Below, piece after piece: positions 1-10,811 of a DNA stretch of 64,000 nucleotides; position 1 is the first letter of the stretch, and each line of letters starts with the position of its first letter. The notes below the pieces were generated by a model, which was given only the letters and a program-made list of their open reading frames with translations, was not told the origin of the DNA and ran no database searches. Source of the stretch: Dimorphilus gyrociliatus (Eukaryota; Animalia; Annelida); assembly GCA_904063045.1 (NCBI GenBank), contig CAJFCJ010000015.1, positions 744,001-808,000 on the forward strand. Direction: 5' to 3'. Made by a program: the position numbers and the translations under genes.

Positions 1-2959
1 TCGGCGAAAAGTTCAGAGTAAAATTCAATCGTTTGCCTGATTGGAAGACTGATTACGAAATTGGAAAATATTTAATAGAGTAAATATAAATAAATAATAC
101 AAACTGTATTTGATATATTTAATTGTATTATTTTTGTTTATTTAAGCAACGGAGTTCTAGTTCATCTTGATGATTATATGGAAAAATTTAACTTACTTGC
201 GTTAGTATTATAATCAATTGCTTTATTAAGATTTATACTTCTCCAATTATTATTATTATTAATATTATCGTTTAGGTATATGACGCAAAAACTGTTTCGT
301 TTCTCAAAGAAAGAATGTACGGAAGAAAGTCCTGATAATCCAATGTTTCAGGAAGTACTATTAGCTGGACAATTATATCAGCGTTTTTTGCAAGAGAAGG
401 TTGAAAATTGGTTACATACTTTTAAGACGTTTTCTTTGAAGGTAATGAAAAATGCAGAAGAAAATGATACTATGGATTTAAGTAAGATAAATAATTAAAA
501 GAGAAAACATAATTATACAACATACTGTATATATTTATTTATTTTTCACGTTTTAGATTTCTTTTCTAAAGTGATAAAGATGACGCAACAAATTACAGCA
601 GCAGCGGAATACCTTATAGCTACGGGTAACCTTAGGTCATTGACTAATATTGGTTTACTTCAGGTTATAAGATTATTATATATTTTATAAATTTTTGGGG
701 TTAAAAATCTATAAATTATCAAATTTATCTCATATATTATTATATATTCCTTACAGACAACTGGTCTTGTTTTGGTTGCAGATAGATTAAATTTTCAAAG
801 ATTTTTATCACATTTCCAATCGATACACAGAGGAGCATTTTTTACTGAAATGAGAACCACCGGAGTTAGAAAACTGCTTCCCGAAGCTTGGGGATTTATA
901 TGCCCTGTTCACACGCCTGACGGCTCTCCTTGCGGTTTACTAAATCATTTAACAGCAAATTGCCAAGTTCTAACGCAAGCTGAAGACGAAGAAGGAATCC
1001 ATTCGGTTTTGTCCTCTTTTGGTATGAGAGATATTGGAGATATCCTACAATTTACCAATCAGAGTTATACTGTTCTATTAAACGGTAAGGTTCTAGGATG
1101 TTTGAAAGATGAAAATGCTGGGGAAGCTGTTACTGCTCTTAGGCGTTTTAAGGTTTTAGGCGAGGAGAATATCCCGTCGTCTTTGGAAATTTGCTTTGTG
1201 AAGAGAACTAATGTGGCCAGCCAATATCCTGGAATATACTTATTTACAACCTCTGCTAGAATGCTTAGACCCGTTAAGAATCTAATAGAAGATGAAATTG
1301 AGCTTATTGGCACTTTCGAACAGGCTTACTTGGATATTTGTATAACTGCTGATGAATTTCACAAAGGTCTAACAACTCATATGGAATTAAGTGAAACGGC
1401 TATGTTATCCACTCTAGCTAGCTTGACGCCCTTCTCTGACAATAATCAATCTCCAAGGAACATGTATCAGTGTCAGATGGCTAAGCAAACCTTAGCAACA
1501 CCGGTTCACGCTTATCAATTTCGTTCGGATAATAAATTGTATAAATTGGAGACGGGACAAAGCCCACTTGTTAGACCTTATGCTCATGACCATTATAAAA
1601 TGGATGAATATCCCATGGGAACAAATGCAATTGTTGCTGTTATTTCTTATACAGGCTATGATATGGAGGATGCTATGATCATTAGTAAAAGTGCTGAAGA
1701 GAGAGGCTTCTGTCATGGTACAGTTTATAAGACGGATGTAAGATTTTGTTATACAATGCATGTATATAAATTTATTTTATAGCTATATATCTTTTTTGAT
1801 TTGTCGTCACAGTTTGTCAGCTGTTCTGAAAAATCTGGCAGAGGAAATAGACTAAAGAGTACTGATTTTGTCTTTGGTATTTGTTAAATATTTTTGTTTC
1901 ATTAACGTTAAAGGTTAAATTATTTCCTCTTTTATAACAGGAATTAAACCCAACGATCCGAGAATTGTCGGTAGTAGTTATATGTTGGAAGCAGATGGTT
2001 TCCCCCCACTAGGTTCACTTTTACGGGCTGGTGATCCTTATTATGCTTCCATAAATTTACAAACTGGTGAAATGAAAGTTAAAAAATACGAAAAAAATGA
2101 GGACGCTTTTATTCATTGTGTTAAAGCTATTGGAACTTCGTATACCGAGGATAATAGATATATTTCAGCCGCTGTCACGTTAAGATACAGAAGAAACCCA
2201 ACTATAGGAGATAAATTTTCATCCAGACACGGTCAGAAAGGTATTTGCAGTCAGCTGTGGCCAGTAGAAGATATGCCTTTCACGGAGAGTGGGATGACTC
2301 CTGATATCCTTTTCAATCCTCATGGCTTCCCTTCAAGAATGACAATAGGTATGTTAATCGAAAGTATGGCTGGAAAGAGTGCTTGTATGCACGGTAAAGT
2401 CCATGAGGCTAGTCCGTTCGTGTTTAATGAGGAGGATACTGCTTATGATTACTTCGGCAAACATCTAGTAGCTGCGGGATATAATTATTACGGCACAGAA
2501 AGATTATATAGTGGGACAAATGGAGAAGAAATAGAAGCTGATATATTTATAGGAACAATTTACTATCAGAGGTTGCGTCACATGGTTTCTGATAAATTTC
2601 AAGTCCGTACTACAGGACCTGTCGATTCGTTGACACTTCAGCCGGTTAAAGGAAGAAGTCGAATGGGTGGTGTACGTTTCGGAGAGATGGAAAGGGACGC
2701 ATTAATTGCTCACGGAGCAAGTTATCTTGTTCAAGACCGTCTCATGAACTGTTCAGATAGATGTGCAGTGAGGATTTGCAAAAAATGCGGAGATATGCTT
2801 TCGCCAATTTTAGATAACACCAAAAATGATTCAGCCTGGAAATGCCTTTTATGCAAGTCTCGTAAGCATATTGAGACTATTCATATACCTTACATTATGA
2901 AAGTTTTTGCGGCCGAACTTGCAGCAATCAATGTTCGTCTGCAGTTAGATTGTTTATAA
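1..2959 (+). CDS. POLR1B: RNA polymerase I second-largest subunit RPA2, 5'-partial, multi-exon
   Basis: Spliced exons at about 3-79 (GEKFRVKF..PDW), 147-234, 276-481, 558-663, 756-1737, 1813-1877 and 1942-2959. Pol beta-subunit motifs FICPVHTPDGSPCGLLNHL, NQSPRNMYQCQMAKQ, GDKFSSRHGQKG, RLRHMVSDKFQVR, GGVRFGEMERD and a C-terminal CxxC..CxxC finger. The DKFQVRTTG and PDGSPCGL variants are Pol I type. Confidence 0.95.
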
Positions 2960-3531
2960 TAATACTTATTGTTAATTCATAAAGATAAATCCTATTATTT
3001 TTTGTTTAAAGTGAACGACGGATTACAAATTTCGTCTATAAATTAAGAAGTTTTATGATTTTAATGGCTTCGTAAGAGAAATAGGTTGAGTAAATAATGG
3101 TATAATAAAGAAATAGGTACGTGGATAAGTAGGAAACACAGAGATATGACGGGTTGGAATGTCTAATAAAGCAAGTCCACTTAATTCTTTTCCCATTCGG
3201 AATCCCATTCATATATAATATCTTATGTATACCGTCCTCGTTAATTCGAATTGCAGACCTAACTAAGCCTAGTCTGTCCTATTTATTTTACTTTATGGGC
3301 GTGTCTTGTCTGGGTAGTTGCCTTTTTAGACACGATATTTCCTAATTAATTTATTAAGCTTGAAGATGAGGATGAACGATAATAAATTTTGAAGGTGAAG
3401 AATCTTAGATCTAGGTAAATGTAATAAATGAACGATAAAGGTCAAATTCTAGCGATTATATTTTGCTACTCAAGCCAAAAATTTTGTCTGCACAAAACAA
3501 ATAAGCACACAAAATAAAGAATAAAGGTTCT

Positions 3532-4671
3532 CTATTTAATCTTCTCTTTTGGGATAAGATCTTCGATACTTTGTCCCTTTTCTAGTTTCTTTTCCATTTC
3601 AACAAGTAGATTAACGCCGTCAACAACAAATTGTGCTAGTTGCACTTCCGAATAACCAAGACGATCGCTGTTGGAGATATCGTAAGTCCCTCCAGTGGCT
3701 TCGGTGTCTACGCCACCAGTTCCTCTCTTTTGCAGGCGAAGTTTGTCCAATATGGCATTCAATTGTTTTTCATCTTTGCTAAGCTTTGGGATCTTAACAT
3801 GGACACCAGCTCTAAGACCAGTTCCGAGATTCGAGGGACAGGTTAGAATGTAGCCGAGATGCTCATTCCACATGTAGGATTGACCTTTAGCTTTCATGCA
3901 GTCTTCTACCTTTTGGAGACCTTCGCAAAATCTACGGAAAACAGATTTCATATCGCCACCCTTTTGCATAGAGATGACACGAGTATGATCTTCTTCATTG
4001 ATCCAAACAAGGAAGGTCTTTTCATCATTGTGCCAAATTCCTCTGGCATCGGGCCAATCCCTAGCCATTCCAGCGCAAGTAAGTAGGGGAGATACTGGTT
4101 TATCAAAAAGGAAATGATCTTCGATCAGTTGATTTTGCTCCTTTTCGGTCATTGTCGACAAAGGATAGTATTTTCCTTTGTATTCGCCAGTGAGAGAACC
4201 AAGAGCCTCGGTGACAATACTTTCCACCTTTCTTCTCTCTCCTCTAGTGCAGTGAGGTGGGAGGGCAATTCCCTTAATAGATCTACCAGTTCTAACTCTT
4301 GAAGAGAGAACATACTTAGGATCGAATTCGCCACCCTTTAGCTTGGTCCAATCCAAGTCGGAAGGATGTTTTTGATCGGGACCATAGCCGCCGTGTCTAC
4401 CGTCAATGATCGGGTCTAAAAGTTCCTTGAAAACGGTGTAAGTTTCTTCATCGCCGGCAACAGCTCCAACAGTCATAATAAAAGGATGGCCGGGATTATC
4501 GACACCAGTTTGGATAACTTGATCAAGCGTGAAACCACTTGGAGTAACCTTATCACGCAAATTGGCGTAAATCTCCTTGGTCAAGCATTTAGCCATCCAG
4601 TTATTATGCTTACTCAAGTCTGGGAAATCTTCCTCAGCCTTATATTTCTTTTGGTTCACATTTCCAGGCAT
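3532..4671 (-). CDS. Creatine kinase, cytoplasmic-type phosphagen kinase, intronless CDS (379 aa)
   Basis: [24 protein letters not shown] (full-length CK specificity loop), [16 protein letters not shown], active-site [16 protein letters not shown]. No mitochondrial presequence and no N-terminal Gly. A splice acceptor at about 4699 suggests a 5'UTR intron. Confidence 0.92.
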   Translation of the reverse strand: MPGNVNQKKYKAEEDFPDLSKHNNWMAKCLTKEIYANLRDKVTPSGFTLDQVIQTGVDNPGHPFIMTVGAVAGDEETYTVFKELLDPIIDGRHGGYGPDQKHPSDLDWTKLKGGEFDPKYVLSSRVRTGRSIKGIALPPHCTRGERRKVESIVTEALGSLTGEYKGKYYPLSTMTEKEQNQLIEDHFLFDKPVSPLLTCAGMARDWPDARGIWHNDEKTFLVWINEEDHTRVISMQKGGDMKSVFRRFCEGLQKVEDCMKAKGQSYMWNEHLGYILTCPSNLGTGLRAGVHVKIPKLSKDEKQLNAILDKLRLQKRGTGGVDTEATGGTYDISNSDRLGYSEVQLAQFVVDGVNLLVEMEKKLEKGQSIEDLIPKEKIK

Positions 4672-6044
4672 AATCGATTTTTTTCTCTTTTAATTGATTC
4701 TAAAATGAAAAAAAAGCCTTTTTACATATAAAATATCGTATAAAATGCAACGTGATAAATTAATATCAGAAAAGAAAATTTGTCTACGTGTCAATTTTCT
4801 TTTTGAGTAGTATCGTTAAAACACGCCTTAATTTTTTTTTCTTCCATAAAAGAGAAAAGAATCATTTTTTTTTTAACACGTAATGTCTGAAAAAACTAAT
4901 ATGGTTGGTTTGCCACGGTAGTTATAACGACCTCATCGACTGGCTACAGCAAAGTTTATTAAGCCTACTCAAAGCAAATAATTTCTCGTTCATTTTTTTT
5001 CTTTTCAAAACTAAATCTTTCACGAATAGAAACGCCTTGAAAAAGCAAAAAGGTATCAACCTTCAATTACATGAACGAGTTTTCGGACATGGTCGTATTG
5101 ATTGTTCCGTTTATAATATATTACGCTTTGATATTCAAAAATCGTTTTATCTAGGTATTAAAAACGACTAGATTATTATATTACCATAGAACATTGTTCA
5201 GGTATAAACCTACGCTACAGGAAAAGTGTTAAAAATTCGGAAAATTCAAGAACATTTAAAAAAAAATGGAGTATCTGAATTTTCGCAGACATTTCATAAA
5301 AAATGTCGTTAAGAGTACTTATATCATTTAACGTAATATTCTAAAAAATTTAGGTCAAATAAAATAAAACTTTTTACAATTTTATCAAACAATTGGCTTA
5401 AGCCTATATAATAATTTCGGCTAGTATAGTAATTGTGCAAAAGAAATAAGAAATTATGATATATTTTTACCTTACTTCGAACAAGTAATGCTGTCACCAC
5501 GCGAGCTGGTAGGCGAATAACTAATTAATCGTAACCGAGGTGCTCACCAGGGGTGGCACAAGAAAAATTAATAGCGACATCTACCTTTGCTAATAATGAA
5601 TATTTGCTATTCATTCGTTCTATAAACTTTTCTTTTTATAACATAACCCCCTTAAATAAACCTAAAATCAGAACAAGAAGGGAATCCTATTATCCGATGA
5701 AAAGTATATTGTTTCAAAGAACTATAGATAGAGGGGAACGCCTTAAAAAAGAAAGTAACGCCGTTCTAAGTAGAAAAAAACAGGAAACAGCGCTGTAATC
5801 ATAAAGATAAATCAAATAGCTTATAGAAGATTTGCTGAACAAAAAAAATAACAGAATAGAACTCACTTAATTATTACCAGTTAAATATGTTTATAAAGTA
5901 TGTTACCAGTCTTATGAAAGGAATATTTCACTTTCATAACTATACTTGTAGCGATGAAAAATTATCGATTGAGCGACTGACTAACCTATTTGTTACTACT
6001 TTTATTAATTTAAAAGAAGTACGGCATCTCTTAATGAAAGAGAC

Positions 6045-6058
6045 AGAGAGAGAGAGAG
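6045..6058. repeat. (AG)n microsatellite
   Basis: agagagagagagag seen directly. Confidence 0.8.
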
Positions 6059-6199
6059 AAAATTGAGAAATAATGTGTTACTATACTGATATAAACTGTA
6101 TATCATTTATCAGATGTATAAAAGTAAATAACCATTCAATCAATTTATTTGTGCTTGTTAATGGATTAATCTTATCTTTCTTGTTTAATTTGTTATTAA

Positions 6200-7405
6200 T
6201 TACTTAGTCATCCGTTCTTCAAAGACTCTTTTAGATAGTCTAGAGTCGAATTTTAATTTTAATTTGCCATTTGATTTTTTTAATTTTAGAACGCCAAGTA
6301 TAAGGAGATTATGGATTTCTTCTTCGGAGAATTCTTTGTGAATATCTTCTAAAAATATACCGTCTTTGGATTTACCTATTTTTATCATGATCTTCCACTT
6401 TTCACTCGTCTTATACGCTATTAATAATCTTTCGTTCTCTTTTTCTATTAATTGTTGGGCGGTTTCTTCAAAGTTAATACCTAATATCCAATCTTTTTTA
6501 AATCTCTCGAGATATTCTAATCTTCCACCAACTAAAGAAATAATTTCGCATATCCTACTCTTATCCATTTTTAATTTACATTTGTAATTTCCATCTTCGT
6601 CAAAGATTGTTATAGGATTATTTAAGTAGCTAAACGATTCTTCGAATGTCAAATCTCTAATTGTCAAGGTTGAACCTGATCTTTTCCAGAGAGTCTGATG
6701 ATTTTCAAGCAGTCGTAGACAGGAAGAATAATTACTACTTGATACGAAAACTACTTTTATAGAATTCCTTATGGCCCATTCATTAGCCTTGAGTAACAAG
6801 GTTCTAACGAATTCTTCATTCTCTTCTTCTAAATTCTCAAAGTTGTCTATAACAATTACTGGTAATTTACCTGTTTGTTCATTAAATTCTTTAGTAGCTT
6901 GTTCAATATCTTCTAAAATGCTCTCGAGAATGTTATTCATTGTGTAATTCAATAAATTCTTTAAATACCATTCTAATTTTAGATTGAATGCAAAGTACAA
7001 GTCCTTTGGAAAAACTTTGGCTGATCGGACAGGCACGTAGAGCATCCACGTTTCATTTCCATCGCTGCTCATCCGGCTTTTGATTAATTCAACTATAGTC
7101 CTCGTTTTACCAGTTCCTTTTTGACCATTAACAATATAAAATAAATTAGTGGGACTAGACGAGAGAACATCGCATAATCTTTGTTCTAGTTTTGGTCGTC
7201 TTTGGTAAGGTAAGACAATATCGTTTTCATTGTTAAGTAGACAGCCATATTTTAATTTATCACCAATATATAACCTACGATTCATATAGTAGTAAGTACC
7301 ATATATAAATAGAGATGTTGTTGAACCTATAACCCCAAAAATAGTTCCTCTATGATAGAAAATACCCAGATGTTTATATAATTTCTTATAACGGAAGACT
7401 TTCAT
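6200..7405 (-). CDS. Intronless P-loop ATPase (ATPase_2/AAA_16, STAND-like) with an N-terminal hydrophobic segment (401 aa)
   Basis: Single ATG-initiated ORF. Walker A GQKGTGKT, Walker B VIVIDNFE, then KVVFVSS, TIRDLTFEES.SYL and LVGGRLEYL. Hydrophobic stretch GTIFGVIGSTTSLFIYGTYYYM near the N-terminus. Confidence 0.75.
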   Translation of the reverse strand: MKVFRYKKLYKHLGIFYHRGTIFGVIGSTTSLFIYGTYYYMNRRLYIGDKLKYGCLLNNENDIVLPYQRRPKLEQRLCDVLSSSPTNLFYIVNGQKGTGKTRTIVELIKSRMSSDGNETWMLYVPVRSAKVFPKDLYFAFNLKLEWYLKNLLNYTMNNILESILEDIEQATKEFNEQTGKLPVIVIDNFENLEEENEEFVRTLLLKANEWAIRNSIKVVFVSSSNYSSCLRLLENHQTLWKRSGSTLTIRDLTFEESFSYLNNPITIFDEDGNYKCKLKMDKSRICEIISLVGGRLEYLERFKKDWILGINFEETAQQLIEKENERLLIAYKTSEKWKIMIKIGKSKDGIFLEDIHKEFSEEEIHNLLILGVLKLKKSNGKLKLKFDSRLSKRVFEERMTK

Positions 7406-7436
7406 TGAAAATTATCATGTTACTCTTTTTTTTACA

Positions 7437-7520
7437 ATATATATATATATATATATATATATGTAAATATGTATTAATAAATATTCATATATATAGATAT
7501 ATATATATATTATATATATA
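7437..7520. repeat. Compound (AT)n microsatellite between the ATPase start and the Mieap-like stop
   Basis: About 13 perfect AT units followed by further interrupted (AT) runs. Confidence 0.9.
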
Positions 7521-7616
7521 TTTATACAGTAATATAGTTTTTTAAATATTTGAAATTAGAAGTTTTAATTATTTTTCAACAGAGTTTTTTTTATATAAAA
7601 AAAAAATGCTTCAAAG

Positions 7617-9486
7617 TTAAAAAATTACTCGTCCTTTACATATAACCTTATCTTTAGCTCCTCTTAAGATAGGTATTGCATAGGCAGCTATTCTTTTGCC
7701 CTTTTTAACTTGATAATTAGGGACTAACGGTTCGTGGAGTAGTGGGTTAAACGTTGGTGGAGAGACGTCAAAAGTAAGCATTGGTTGCTGGATAGTCATC
7801 TTCCAAACAAGTTGAGCGCATGCTAAAATAAAATTACCGATTTCTTTTTTTTTCCTTATCAAGTTCATTGGTAGTTCGTTAGAGAATATTTTATAAACCC
7901 TTCTCTCCGCTTCCTACAAAAACAAACGTAACTTACGATTAATTAATTTAAAGATATACAATTAATTATTCAATTACCTCTGCTAATGGTGTAACGTCTG
8001 CTCTAAAAATTTCTTGTTTAAGAGAATCTCTTATAAACTGTTCCAATTTCAAAACATTCTCTTTTTTCTTTGTATTTCTTTAGTATTAATATATTAAGGA
8101 GAAATATTAAAATAATTAATTTTAAGGTGATTATTCTTACGTTGTCATGTCAACTTTTATCTTCCCTCCATCTCTTAATTCTTTTACAGTTTTTACTGGC
8201 TGTTGAGCGAGCCGTACGGTCAAACTGCTTACCTGTTGCAAAGTAGGCCTAGCGAGAACGTAACATTCCTAAGATTAATTGAGAAGAAAAATTATTTTTT
8301 GAACTTTTGATCGCTTTAAAGAGAATGTCAAGCTACTTACCCTAAGATAAGTGTGTAAAAGATCAATTATCTTTTCATCACTAATTGAAGAAACAGTTCT
8401 CCTTAAACATTCTTCTGCCTCTTCCCATTTAAAGTCCATTAACTTTTCAAAATCGCTTTTAATCTATATATATATATATATATACATATGTCAAATTTTA
8501 ATTACTAGATTATTAATCGAAGAGGAAGTAGAAGAAGGGGAAAGAAAAATGGAATAACCTCCTGGGATAGGTCTATATTAGTTCCTGAAGAAGGCAATCT
8601 ATGAAAAAAAAAGAGTAAGTAGGCCTATTGTTAAAAATTATTCATTCTCAGTGAAAATTATAAAATTAGGCTAACTCGGTATATTGTTTTCCCTTGTTTT
8701 TGGATAATTTATCAGATTGGTCAAGATTCAGATCTGTTTTTTCCAATTGACTTATTAACGAATCGAACGAATCGATCTGTTGATTTGATTTTGTAGTAGT
8801 TTCTGAAAGGCCACGCCTAATCGTTTTCCATTCATTGGTTATCTAGTTTTTAGTAAATATTCGCTCTTTTAGTAAATTCAGGTATTTTTAACATTCCCTT
8901 AAGTTACCTGTGTAATTAAAGTTTCAAGACTGATCGATTTCGGTTCTTCTTCAGTATTGCCATTAGTTAGTGAAGAATCGGATTGATTTGTATTATTTGC
9001 AGGATTATCATTAGGTACTTCTTCTTTTACGCGTTTTTGAGGTATGTATCCGGAAGCGAATTTAAGGCGATCTTCCATACTGAGAAAACTGGATGCCACT
9101 TCTGCCAATTGTTCATTCCACAGTTTCAGTTGAAAGGATAAATTCTGACGTTGGAGAAGTTTTAGAACTGATTCTAATTCTTTCTCATTTTCACAGTTCT
9201 CAAACAGATGGCGACAGCGTTTTAATGCTGTTGCATCAGGAATTTTCGTCGGTAAAAGTTTAGCTGCTTCTTCGTAGTTCTCCTCCAAATGTGCTTGAAG
9301 GTTAGCTAACTTGTTTTGCAGCTGCTCTAACGTAGCTATATGGCTTCCAAACGAAGAATTTGACTCCATTGTCTTATCATAAGACCAAGATGGATTTCGC
9401 ACGGATTTGCGTAATGCAACGGCAACATTATTTAAGACGTTTGACCAATTAGCCAGACTTTTCTCTTCTTGACTGTTCAATTCCAT
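7617..9486 (-). CDS. Mieap/SPATA18 C-terminal-domain-like protein, 7 exons, about 480 aa
   Basis: In-frame GT-AG exons at about 9486-8909, 8843-8675, 8598-8560, 8462-8341, 8269-8141, 8078-7978 and 7914-7617. The C-terminus FILACAQLVWKMTIQQPMLTFD..FNPLLHEP..AYAIPILRG..VICKGRV fits the Mieap C-terminal pattern. N-terminal part is coiled-coil-like. Confidence 0.65.
8465..8484. repeat. Intronic (TA)n microsatellite
   Basis: (TA)10 seen directly. Confidence 0.9.
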
Positions 9487-10479
9487 GGCCGTAACTGAAA
9501 AAAAACCTGTAAAGAAATCGGCCTTTCTTATAATTCTGGCAGATTCAATTCACTTCAGTCTGTATTGTTCCGTTCAGGCCCCAGTCATTTTCTATTCAGG
9601 TCGTCTCATGTAATTTAAATTTAAGGTGTTGTCCTCAATTGGCTAGCCTAGTATAGTAAGCTATTCGTAAATAGTAAAGAAAACCTATCTTATAAATATT
9701 AATATCCAGCTTTCTTTTTCGCTCCTTCAAAGAGAAAGTAACTTTTCTCCTTCTATCAATGCATTCATTCTTATATCTATTGAATATCTCATAGAATAAG
9801 GAACACAAGTCATTTCTTTAAATATAAGAAAAAGATTCAAAATGAACAGTCTAGATAAAGTCCAAATTGATGAAGTCATTCAATTTTTAATTATGATTAA
9901 CGATTTCTAACTGGATAATCCCTATTTTTTTTTATAATTATAGAAACTTAATGCATTAACGGATTAAATCTTGCAATTACAATGAACGTTATTATTAAAA
10001 AAGTATGTAGAAGGTGGTGTGTTAAGAGTTTAGGAACATTTCGATATGGATTTATACTATTCCTCTGAAGTCCAGATTCCCAAGTACATTCTTTATCTTT
10101 GTTATAGAAATTTTATACTATTAATTCTTGACAGTCTAAACTAATTAACTATACAATTAAACAATTGAAAACTGCTATATTTAGTTAAACATTCTAAATT
10201 CTTGATACATTTTAACCAATTTTTACTAATTTTCAATTAGAATTCTATATTAATCGGGGAATAATAATATACATAAGACACTATGACAAGATAAGGTATA
10301 AACACTTAACATAAGGTAAATATTACTGAGAAAGTTATTAGTGAACAAGTAGTACTTCTTGCATTCCTCTCTTTTCTTTAACATACCATAGTATTCAATA
10401 AATTCAATAGGAGAAGATATTTCATTCAAGACAAGGAAGAAGGTCAGATTAAAATCCTAGATTTTAAGTAAATATACTG

Positions 10480-10498
10480 TATATATATATATATATAT
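10480..10498. repeat. (TA)n microsatellite
   Basis: Seen directly. Confidence 0.9.
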
Positions 10499-10647
10499 AA
10501 AGAAGAAGAAACACCTAAAATAGTGTATATTATAATGTTATTTAACTCTGATTTATAATAATTTTTAACTATGTTTAAACGACAAGAGTAGCAATATCAT
10601 ATTGGAGCGATAATGCAATATTAAACTGTGCTATGTTATTATTTTAC

Positions 10648-10666
10648 TATTATTATTATTATTATT
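10648..10666. repeat. (TAT)n microsatellite
   Basis: About 6 units seen directly. Confidence 0.8.
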
Positions 10667-10722
10667 ACTGAATGCTGGTATTCAAATAATATTATTTTCA
10701 TATTAAAAACTTTTTAGAGAAA

Positions 10723-10811
10723 GGGAGGGGTCGAGGGGCAAGGACCATGGGGCTTGGTTTGAGTGCTGGGAGGGGGGCATGGGTGGGGAGACAGGGGCGC
10801 CGAGTTGTGGG
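10723..10811 (+). other. G-rich island with G-quadruplex potential
   Basis: Ten G>=3 tracts in 89 bp. GGGAGGGGGGCATGGGTGGGGAGACAGGGG (10768-10797) fits G3N1-7 x4. Confidence 0.8.

Noticed and set aside
4700-6190. ORFs 4905-5171 and 5553-5798, and a GC-richer patch at about 5490-5560, as a gene or ncRNA
   Set aside because: No motifs or stable RNA fold recognised; more simply the CK promoter or 5'UTR and the ATPase 3'UTR.
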